From the NCBI GenBank assembly GCA_051294375.1, contig CM119268.1, forward strand, positions 3,041,737 to 3,105,736: a DNA stretch of 64,000 bases, read 5' to 3'. The DNA is from Paraspadella gotoi. Its lineage: Eukaryota; Animalia; Chaetognatha. The position numbers and the translations under genes were made by a program. Shown piece by piece: positions 37,707-57,645 of the stretch (its first letter is position 1; every line of letters starts with the position of its first letter). The notes beneath the pieces were generated by a model. That model was not told the origin of the DNA, did not search any database, and worked only from the letters and a program-made list of their open reading frames with translations.

Positions 37707-38064
37707 TTGGCCGCAATTTGTGACTTGTTTTTAATGTTGCAAACCGTCCTGTATGAGTGACATTTTTGGGAATTACTTGCCATTTGCGCGATATTTTGAA
37801 ATGTTTTTACCTAAAATAATATCACTTCATCAGAAAGTTTATCTCATGCAAGTGAGAGAGAAGTAAGAGTATAGGGAGGACGAGAGGGAGGGAAGAGTGA
37901 CATTCTTGATGGCTTGCATCTGCAGAATGAAGTGAAAAGGACTTGAAACTATGAATAAAAATCTACCGGAAAACTCGTAAAAACGGAGTTTCCTCCGGGC
38001 AAAACAAAATTAGTGAGATTTTTTTAAAGTAATTAGTTTATTAGAATCAAAATCAATCAATCAA

Positions 38065-39329
38065 TCATTGATGATGAATTGTCATTTTAAAGTCTTTGAC
38101 TCCGAGTTTGTGACCTCCTCCTCCGCCCACGTTCCTGACAACCCTGAGGACGTCTCCCTCAATCGCCTCGTCGACGACGGGGTGCGCCTCCACGCAGACG
38201 ATCTTCTCCTCTACCTCGTGCGGCGCCAATCCGCTGCACGAGTGGGGATTCTCTGCGACGACGCGGCTGCCGCGGAGAAGGCGGAGGAAGATCTGTTGAT
38301 ATTATATAATATATAAGTTTACTGTTTGGTGTATTGGTGTATTACTTTTTCCCTACCATTAGATTAGGCGTCATGAGACAATTAGTACTTTGTACATTTT
38401 TAGGGATTAATTAATAAAAAAAATTAATTAAATAAATCCTTTAATGAAACGAAAATTCATTTGTTGGCTAAATTATTTATGAAATTAATTGCCCGAGTGA
38501 TTGGTTGATAAATTGTTTAAACAATTTCTTTATTTATATGTAAAGTGTTAGATTTATCGATTTATTACTAATATTAATTATTAGTTTGGCAGACTTTTTT
38601 AATGCTGATGAAGGCTTGTAGTTAAGCCGAAACATGTCCGTTTTTTATTAAAAATAAAATCGTTGTTGAAAATTCATTTCAAACTTTTCTAATAGTTTGG
38701 CAGACTAATTGATTTGCTTTGTAAAAAAGCTGATTATTTAATTGCTATTAATTATTTAAATCACTCTAAAACCCCAAAACGAGCAACGTACCTGCCCCTT
38801 CCTGTTGCCATAGCCTTGATCGTTCCACTTCATAGAGAAGATGATTTTTTTTATCCCTGGCGTCTCAACATCGATGTCAAACCAAGTCTCGGGGCAAAAA
38901 TGACCATCCGAGGGTCCCTCTTCTAATAAACCAATTAATGTTACTATTATATTGTTTAATAAAATTTAAATATTTTAAATATTTGAATAACCGTAAAAAT
39001 CTGGCCGGACGAGACGCTGGACCCGCGGGCGGAAGTCGGCGAAGGCGGGATGAAGGCGGTGGAGAGGAAGAGCCTCGTCGAAGGTGAGGAAGGAGAAGAT
39101 GTGGCGAAGGGCGAGGTGAGGCAAAGTGGTAAGGTGGGAAAGGGAGTTATGGGTGGCAGGGTGTAGAGTGGTGGACGAAGGGGGAAGGGAGTAATGGTCG
39201 GCGGTGGAGGCTGAGCTGGAAAGTTGAAGAAAATAATAATGAAATTGGTACAACCAATAAGATGTAATGTAAGAGGAATAAGATATGGATCAGTTCTTTC
39301 CTAATATAGACTTCTTTAACTTACCTCAT
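38065..39329 (-). CDS. F-box protein B, tandem paralog of A
   Basis: Same exon structure and phases (39325-39329, ~38992-39216, ~38792-38922, 38065-~38292); ORF intact: MSSASTAD..LTTLPHLALRHIFSFLTFDEAL..MKWNDQGYGNRKGQ..VGGGGGHKLGV..*. Confidence 0.83.
38601..38642 (+). ncRNA. Minimal type-I hammerhead ribozyme
   Basis: AATG-CTGATGA-A-GGCTT(GTAGTT)AAGCC-GAAAC-AT-GTC/CGTT: complete core, 5-bp stem II, palindromic ACATGT stem III, stem I AATG:CGTT; predicted cleavage after C38638. Confidence 0.82.
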
Positions 39330-40304
39330 TTCGCTGCAGTTTGGTGACTTGGTTTTCACGTCGCACGTCCCGTAAGAGTGACACTTACGGGAATCACTTT
39401 CCTCTTGCGCGATGTTTTGAAATGATTTTTTCTAAAATAATACCGCTGAGTCAACCGGTTTATCTAAGAGAATATGTTCGATACGGGCCAATCAGGTTTG
39501 GGCGAAAATATTTTGTTTGTTATCCGTAATACCTAGTTAACCGACTTTTCAGCAGATCTGCTTATCGCACCTGATTCTGAAGACAAAAGAACATTACCGT
39601 AACCTTGAATTTGAAGACTCTCGCAATTTTATAAATTTTCATTGCTTGCTATTTAAAATACCTTTGAATTCGTCGTGAACTAAATAAAGTTTCTTATTTC
39701 CTATTTTGACGCAACAATCGAGTATCAATAACCGGTTGTTTTTTTTTGTCTTTGCTAAAATGATTTTCAACGATAAACAATATTTTTATCACAGCTAACT
39801 TTATTTGCTACCAAGCATGAGCTATCATCAATGATAGATAATGAAAAAAGGATAAAATCGAGAAGATATAAACGTAATAAAATATGAATTAAGAATGGAA
39901 CACAATGTTGACCAACATAGACCATTTACCAACAGAGTAAAACAATTTAAATAAATAAGTAAACAGACAGAAATACAGCGAAAAAGACGTATCGAGTATG
40001 TCGAGTAAATTTTCTGGACGATCGTATTTAGTATTTACAATGTTTTACTATTAAGATTAGCGCTTTCAGTTGGCGCTGAATCCGAAAGAAAAAAGATCCA
40101 AACAACAATACATATTTAAGTCTCGATCGAACAGCCAAACGTCTACAACTAAAATAAATATCCCTGCATATTTCCTAATTGGGACGGGGAAAAAGTTTGC
40201 GACACTTTCTGCTTTCGTCGACGCGAGAAGAATTTTATTTTCTAATTATTTTTTTTTTTCGTGGTTTTTTCTTCAACAACGACGTTCATTTGTTTTCTCT
40301 CTTT

Positions 40305-45367
<5,063 letters not shown>

Positions 45368-45729
45368 GACGGAGAAAGGGAGAGGTTGGTAAAGTCGAGT
45401 GTTAAATATGAAGAGAAGAAATTGAGAAAGGGATGTGTTGAAAAGGAGAACCGGAGAATGTACGATTTTTTGTTCGTTTTTTTTAAATTTGGGAGTGATT
45501 TTCGTTAATTTTCGTTAATTAATTTGTTGATTTTTTTTTCTGTCAATTGTTTACTTTTTGAAGATAACTTTATAGTTTATTTTGTTGTATTTTTTTTTTA
45601 AAACTAGTTTTTTTCGAAGAATAAGTCTCGATAAAATTACTCGACAAACGTCGTGAATATATTTTCGTGTTTTTTTTTGTAAATTCGTTGTTCTGAGGTC
45701 GAAATGATGTAAATGCGCAAACCGACTGC

Positions 45730-45935
45730 GATATTTATACTCGAAATCGGCGAACGCATAACGTGTACTTCTACGGTCGAACCGCCATTGGCCGCTGGTG
45801 GTTGAGAGTCAAATCTATAAAAATACGTCGTTGAATACGAGGAAGTTCTGATTGGACCACGCATCTCCAGAAAGTCTACTTCGACCAATCGGGAGACGAT
45901 ACGTTGAAAATATGAACAAAAGACCAATGGCTGAA
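45730..45935 (-). promoter_or_regulatory. BiP promoter with TATA box, CCAAT boxes and ERSE-II
   Basis: Minus-strand GTATAAAT (~45733-45740); exact ERSE-II ATTGG-A-CCACG at 45851-45861; further CCAAT/ATTGG at ~45787, ~45885, ~45924. Confidence 0.75.
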
Positions 45936-46808
45936 TCGGTGTGAGAAGGTTTCTCAGAAAGAAGTCGGTGATGCCAGAAGGAACGCGATGATGCTAGCGA
46001 CTTTGGGTGTGGCCTGACTTTTAAATTTACTTAATGTAGCTTAACTCAAAACTGCCGTGATTTAGAAATAAATTCAAAATTGTTTAATACTGTTTGAAGT
46101 TTCTACTACTTCTACTATGATAAGCTACCTCATTTTGTTAAATACTATGTTAATTATATTCAATTACAAGAATTATAATAGATGGCTAACGAATTACAGT
46201 ATTTTATACGAGCATATTTTATTTATTTCAAGAAATAAAATTAAAAAAGCAAAAGCATGGTACATAAATCAATTTTTGTTTGAGAGAGAGTGTTAACACA
46301 TAAAAAAAAACAAAAAAAAAAACAAAAGAAAAGCAAAAGAGTCGTTTGCATTACAATTTGACGGAGGTAATTAAAATTTTGTTAATCTCATGAAAATTAA
46401 TTACTATTTACAAAACAATAATTTAAATCATATAATGACGTGTCGTACAATTCTTAAAATTATGCAATCTTAACTAAAACAATTTTCATTCGACATATTG
46501 TGCAATCCGCAGACAATCATGTGTAATCATCAAGAGAGAAAGAGGCTGTCTCGTAAGCGATCATTCTTTGCTCCGCTGATTCTAAGGCTCTCACGTTGGC
46601 ACGCCTCAAGTGGCCCGCCGACTGCAGCAGGTAACCTCGTTCGTCTTCGATGGCAAGAACCTATTGAAATTGTTAAAATATGGATATATGAAATGGTGTG
46701 TCTTCTTTTAGAATATTAGTAATATTAATAAATGGTGGAGAAGTGCAGCTATAAAGGATCGGACTAAATTGGTTGATATTTCCAAGTACGCGTTGTTTCC
46801 TTTACTTT

Positions 46809-46856
<48 letters not shown>

Positions 46857-47071
46857 CTCTCTTCTCTCTCTCTCTCCATCAATTGATTAAAAGAAGCTGC
46901 AACTTGTAACTTAAGATATAAAAACGACCTTAATATCTGAGTAAATACTCAAAGTCTTAAAAGTATTTATAACTTATATATATAACTTATATAACTATAT
47001 AATATACTCCAAAATATTGGCATTCAACATGTTAAACTTAGGAAGATATATTTATATATATATATATATAT

Positions 47072-47140
<69 letters not shown>

Positions 47141-50090
47141 CCAACCTTCATTGGTGCTGGGACTTCCATCTTGGCGAGCAACTCCCCACAGACTCGAACC
47201 ACAGAAGTGTGGTCACGGAAATCGACCCATGGATATTTCGTGCGTGACGACTCTTAGGACTTCCTAGTTTGGAGTTGATTAAATAAAAATTTATTTTATA
47301 CTTAGCTTAATATGAGTTATAAAATGTTGTATGTACTATTTAATCACATTTGGTTATTACAGTTATAGAATTATTTTTATATATTTTATATATGTGACAA
47401 CAACATTAACGACAACAATGAAAACAACATCAACAACGACAACAGCATTGACATTACAACAACTTTTACAACATCTAGAAGATCAACGACATCCACATCA
47501 TGTACTAAATAGAATCACAAACAACATCAAAATCACAGACATGCCAAAATATCGACATCTAAAAACGTCAAATTAACTTACATCCACAAACATCATCTAC
47601 ATACATAACAACATTCAGATTATACTACCTGCCAATATAAACCATATACTACCACAAAGCAAACAATATTGGCAGAACAATAAAAACAATACCAATAAAA
47701 ACAAACAACGCACCCACAAAAACTTCCACTTCCAACAACAACAACGCAAACAACCAACACCCCCCTTTTCAACCCCTCCCTCCCCCACAGAACCTCGGCC
47801 GACTTCCACGTTCTCCTCGAGTGCGCTTCTCGCGATCCTTCATTCTCCGCAGCAAATCCACCAGACATTCCAGGTCGACCCTCAACTTCTCCTTCTCTTT
47901 CGTTCAGCTTCTCGAGTCGGACCCGCGTTCGGCGAAACCTCGGCGTCGGCGCGTCCTTGGGCTTCGTCGGCGCGTTCGGTCCCGGATCGCGCGAGGTTGA
48001 AGGGCGCCGCAGGCGCATCGTCGTACGTATTCCGAGGGCGTTGAGCTGTTTGAAGAAGGGGAATGGAGACGGATACAGGAATCGAATCGGAAGGTGCCCG
48101 CAAAAATATCTTATCGCCAAAAATGAAGTTAAATTTAATATTTCGTATATTTTACTTTAATTGTGTTTTGTTTTTCAGACGACGAATTTGTTATTTTTAT
48201 TGTTAATAATAAAAAATGAATGTTTCGGCCTGCAAATAGCTTATTGCCTTAACCAATTCATGTCACGTTTTTATTATTAACAATAAAAATAAATTCGTTG
48301 TCTGTAAAACAAACAGTTTTTTTTTTCTCATTTATTTACATCGCAAGGAAAAGAAAGAATCGAAACATATTATTGGTGGACTATATCCAGAAAGGTTCAT
48401 CTGCCTTCCATTTGTGCAACCCGAAGGTCGGCGGTTTCTAGCCCGGACTGTCGCCTTGATAGTACTGCAACCTGATCCGCAAGCTCCAGGTGTCATCCTA
48501 GACTAACAACTTCTCTTCACAATGCATTATATTCATATAAAATTTTTATAACATTTTGCAACCCAAGACATCAGCAATACAGAATAAAACTTCACACTGA
48601 CAATGTAGAAAAGTTGCTAATAGTTAATTAGGAGCTAAATATAAGATGCAATAATATCAATATAGGTAAAAAGGAACCCCACCCACCGTGCCTCTCCTGC
48701 TTCGATACTTACCTTTAATTCTGCGTCCAACACAATGCCTAGCATGACGGTGACAGCCAGCGGCTGGCTGCAGTCGTCGCCCGCCACTAATTAAAAAAAA
48801 GGGATGAGCTGACCTTGATAATTAATGTTAGAATAATTATTGCAGAAACCTAAGTTATTTTANNNNNNNNNNNNNNNNNNNNNNNNNACGATCTTTTATC
48901 GCTTTTTAAGATCTTTTTTTATCTTAACTTGCATCGATTTTTCTCATCATTAATTAATATAATTAATTACTATTAATTAATTAAAAATTTTTATTAGTAA
49001 TGCATTAATTTAAAGATCAAGTATATGTTGACTTATGTTTTTTCAATCTTAAACTCAATTTCACTGGCACAATTCCGGTCAAAACTTTACATATAATATT
49101 ATTTATTAATAAATATTTAAAAACTTCAGTGCAACACCCAATGAACTAAATCAAAAAGTTCATTGAAAACGTACTTTACAGTACGTAAAAGGCAAAAAAA
49201 ATTAAGAGAACTAGGATGTTAGAAAAGTGTTCAATTTTTGGCCCGCCCTTACTAGATATTAGGCCGGAAACAGGCTTGAAACTTAAGTTCTCTCAAATGG
49301 TTAATGTGTTAATGGTTAACGCGGACTATTAAATAATATGACAAATGAACAATAAATTTTTAATTTTGGCTTATCAAGATTTTTTTTATGGATCTCTCTC
49401 ATAGAAGCTTTTAAGAAGTTAGATAAGGTTATTAATACAACTTTTTTCTTTTTTTATTTGCGTCTTGAAAAATTAAAAAAAAAAATAAAACGCCCGAATA
49501 ATTGATGATTGATTGATAATTTTAAGTTTTTTTCTATTTTTAACTAATTATTCGTCAAAATTTTGAGAAAAATTTATGAGTACTTAACTTTCATTTTAAC
49601 TTCTTAAGCTCTACAAGACCCTTGTTTAAGATATTTCTCGTGTTTTAAGTTTCCCAAAAGATCGTTGCTCTTTTTGCGCTAAAACGTCTTACTATTATCT
49701 AAGTGAAAGAAACGTACCTTTTTGTGAAGAGAAAGTAAGAATTACTATTAGTAGTTGCTCTTAAGCTTTACGCAGCGTGAAGCAGCGCTTTGTTCTTCTT
49801 AATGTTTCATTTACTTGATTTATATTATATTACAGGTTTTTATTAATTCGTTATATATTATCTTTTTTATAGTTCCAGCAGTTAATGCCCGTTCCATGGC
49901 GTTTCTAGTCCGGTTCAATGCCGTTCAATGCTTTCATCCGTTCAATGCCGTTTGATCAATTTGCTTCTACATTTTGGCTCTTGAATTAACAAAATAAGTA
50001 AATTAACTTACGACAATATAATATTACAAAGGACATCTCTACTCTTAATCTTATCTTCAATACTCACTCCTCAAGTCTCTCTCAAGCGCT

Positions 50091-50125
<35 letters not shown>

Positions 50126-50210
50126 AAGTTGCAACTATCCTTGATGCTCATTTTTCTGCTCTCTCTCTCTTCTTCTTGCAACCTTGCGACGATTCCTATA
50201 TGCTCATTTT

Positions 50211-50262
<52 letters not shown>

Positions 50263-50789
50263 TCTCTCCTCTCTCTCCATAAATATAAAGACAAGCTAAA
50301 TGTAACTTTATGTTTTTTTCCCACTTTAAACTCGATTTCCACAGGCCAAACATCTCCGGTCAAAACTTGCACTGAATACTCTAGCTTTTACATCACTTCC
50401 TACCCGCTCACAAAATTTCAATCTTCAATGCTATTATGGGGTTAAACATAAGTAAAAATATCCAGTAAATGTGAGCTTTCAATATTTTATTTCATTTTTA
50501 ACTCATTTCCATCGTCGACTTTCCACCGAAACTTTATATCAAGGCTGTCGTTACAACATCTTTTCTACCCACAACAAACAAATTGAACTCAATCTATCCA
50601 TCCAATTATTGATTACATTAGAAGTACTGTATTGAGTTGAAATAATTAAAAATATTTTAGTAAGATTGCGGACTTGATGTTTTTTTCCCTTAAAACTCAT
50701 TTCATACACGATTCCGCTCGAACCTTTAAATATCCAAGCTTTATCACACACTCCTACCACACACAAAATTTCATTCCAATCTCACCACC

Positions 50790-52470
50790 GCAATCAGCGA
50801 GTTATTGGAGCTTTTTGCTACAGGTTGGGACGCGCGACATCGCGGTCGAGCCAAATCACGGATGATTGACTGATTAATTCAATTATTGTTATTTAATTCT
50901 ATTGTACTCTAAGATTAATATTTGATTTATTAATACAATCCTGCTATACATTTAATATACTAAAGAAAAAAAATCATAATCAATTACGTGAAACAGGTTT
51001 TTTTGTTTTTTTTCCATTTTAAAACTCATTTCCACTCAAAAGATCCATCGTAAACTGTGGTTTCTTGTTCAATCACATCACTTTTCCTACTCACATACCA
51101 AACATTCCCAAGGTACAATTCGATTAAATTAAGTCTGTAATAAGCTAACTTGGTCAAACTTGCAATAATTTAAAAATCAACTGCAACTGTCAATGCATAA
51201 TTTGGTCTACTGACATAATTTGGTCAACTGACATAATTGCCTGATCAACTACATAATCTGGTGAACCTAATTTGGTCAACCTTGAGCACTAGATTGGGTC
51301 AACTGGCATAATTTTACTGCTAATTTGTCAACTGACATAATTTGATCATTCAAGCCGACAAATTTGGGCGCACTCAACCGGCATAATTCCGGGTCAACTG
51401 CATAATCTTTATCAACTTAGTCCTTATTGCCGTCAACTAGCATAATTTGGTTCAACTGGCCAGAATTTGCCGTCAACTGGCATGATTATGCGTCACAGGG
51501 CATTAATCTTGCCGTCACAGGCATAATTTGGTCAACTTGCATTAACTTGTTCCGTAATCACACTTGCAGAATTGGTCAAAACTGGCCATAATTTGGTGAA
51601 ACTTTAAGCAATATGGTCAACTGGCATATTTTTGTCAATTGCATAATTTGGTCAATCAATCAATCAATCATCAATCAATTTCAGATGAGATGAGAGAGAG
51701 AGAACGTTTTAAACATAAGATTCAAATTAAACTGTCTGTCTTTTGGTTTCTAATTTTGAACTACTTTTTCTTCACTCCTCACGATTCGACTGACCCATCA
51801 ACACAAATTTATATCGCAGCTTTATTCATCATACTTTCCTACCCACACCACCAAAATTGCCCATTTCGCATCTTATCTTATCCATAATATTTTGATATAC
51901 TAAAGACATACATAATTATGAGTAATTTAAGTAAAATACTTTAAGTAAATATGACTTTGTTTTTTCCATTTTTAACTCATTTCCACTTCGCACCGATTCC
52001 ACATCGAAACTTTGTATATCCAAGCTCAATCTCAGCACTTCCCTACCATTCACTCACAACAATTTCAAGTCAATTGCCCTATCCACTCGTATGAGGCAAT
52101 TCGGCGTTCAAATAGTGAAATATATTTTTTTGTCTTTTTCCATTTAACCAATCTCCACTCGCACGATTCCCTCAAAACTTTATTATCCATCTCGATCACA
52201 CAGTTTCCTACCCACACACAAAATTTCATTAACTAATACCATCATCCAATCACGAGTAATTGGACGGTCTTTTGCTAGGCTCGGGACGGCCAGACGGCGA
52301 CGGTACGGACGACGGACGGACGGTACGGAACGGACGACGACCGGGACGGGGTGACGCGACGGCAACGGACGGACGGATTACGGTCACGGAACGGACGGCC
52401 ACGGAAAACGGAATCGGACAGACTAGACGCGGAGGACGGCACCGGACATTCCGTTTTTTTTTGGCATTAA
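50790..52470 (-). mobile_element. Degenerate HINE-like copy with the 18-bp array and GACG/GGAC microsatellite
   Basis: GCATAATTTGGTCAAC-type units at ~51145-51655, (GACG)-rich tract at 52260-52450, and internal segments matching the reverse complement of 12350-12680; another family end at ~53069-53120. Confidence 0.65.
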
Positions 52471-53572
52471 TTTATCATAATTCGACTTGATCGTCTGAAT
52501 ATATAAGTGTGTGCCCCGAACAATATTGAGGGCAAGAGATGTGAGCGATCGCGAAAGCGTAAGCGATACACTTGTGGAAGCGCCGATTTTTTGAAGAACC
52601 GAAACCGGGAGCGATTAGAAAAATTGAGAATTAAGACTTTGAACCCTGGAAGCTTAATAACCCTGCGTGTGATTCGCTTCCTGGTCATTCTGTTTTTTTA
52701 TTTGGTTAGAATGAAAGTAATTTTAATGTATTAAAATCTTTGCACCCCTGTCTCTATTTCTTGATTTCTTGCCTTTAAAAATTGTTTTTAATATCTTATT
52801 TTCCAACATTAAATTGTCTTGCTTCCTAGATTTTTTATTCAACTTTCTTCTTATTTCATATTCTCTTCTTTTATTTTTTTTCTTTTATTCTCTTTTCCTC
52901 TTTGGTCCAGAATCTATAAAAAAAATTATATATTTATTTTTTTAATTATTCTTTTTAATATATTCAAATAAAATCTGAGCTAAAAAAAAGATTTCTTTTT
53001 TCCCCTCTTGCACTGAACAAAAAAGCAAATAAAAAAATATATAAAATAAATAAATTAAAATTATTAATAAACAAGTTTGAGCAAACAAATCCGGATCTGC
53101 CCACGATCATTAGCGGTAATTAATTGATTAATTAATTGAAAAAAAAAATATTTAATTAATTACATATTAATTAATTAAAATAATAACATCGAACATTTAG
53201 GAGCTCAAATGATTTGAACAAAGACAAAAATGACGATGAATACAATGACGAAAACGACGACGAAGTTTTTGTACTTTGTGAGCCGTAGTACAGTAGTGGT
53301 CAATAAGAATAACCTGTTTTTACCCAATCTTGTTATGGCTGACCTTTTTCTCAGCCAATGTAAATACTAGTTGTTGTTGTTATTATTTTTATCATTTTTA
53401 CTTTTTATTGTTTTTGATAATACCAGGTTTTTTTTATCACAAAAAACATGCCTCAAATTTTTCTATAAATTTTTGTTTTGAGTTACCGCAAACATTATAA
53501 AAATATTTCAATTAATTAATTTAGAGAAAGCAAAGCATTTTGAATTTGTAACAACGATTTTTTAATTAATAT

Positions 53573-53612
53573 TTGGACATGTTTCGGCTTGTTTACTTCA
53601 AGCCTTCATCAG
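53573..53612 (-). ncRNA. Minimal type-I hammerhead ribozyme motif (5' side lost in gap)
   Basis: Minus strand CTGATGA-A-GGCTTG(AAGTAAA)CAAGCC-GAAACATGTC. Confidence 0.72.
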
Positions 53613-53744
53613 NNNNNNNNNNNNNNNNNNNNNNNNNNNNNNNNNNNNNNNNNNNNNNNNNNNNNNNNNNNNNNNNNNNNNNNNNNNNNNNNNNNNNNNN
53701 NNNNNNNNNNNNCAATGTTAAGAGAAAAATTGTCTGATTATTCT

Positions 53745-53786
53745 AAAGCTGATGAAGGCTTATAATAAAGCCGAAACATGTCCCCA
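53745..53786 (+). ncRNA. Minimal type-I hammerhead ribozyme motif (weak stem I)
   Basis: CTGATGA-A-GGCTT(ATAATA)AAGCC-GAAACATGTC; flanks nearly identical to the 40852-40985 arm. Confidence 0.68.
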
Positions 53787-54131
53787 TGTAAAAATAAAAA
53801 TCGTTGTAAATAAACAAATAAACTTTGTTTTCTCTAAATCTACAAAAACACGAAACACAATGATGTTTCTAAAATTGTGTTGATAACAATTCGCTAAATA
53901 AACTTAAAATTACTAACCTATTCAGTATGAACATTGAGCAATGGCGAGTTATTTTTTTAATTTCTGTCTTCTGTTTAGTAATTAATATTTTGAAAATCAA
54001 CTTCTCTGTCGTTTCGCCTGTTAATGACTCTTCCCGCTGTTTGTCTCTCTTCGTTAACGTCGTTAGAAGATTTGGATTAATTGCTCTTCGTTTTTCTTTG
54101 GCAAAATGCCAAGAGAGACAATTATTGCTAG

Positions 54132-57645
<3,514 letters not shown>

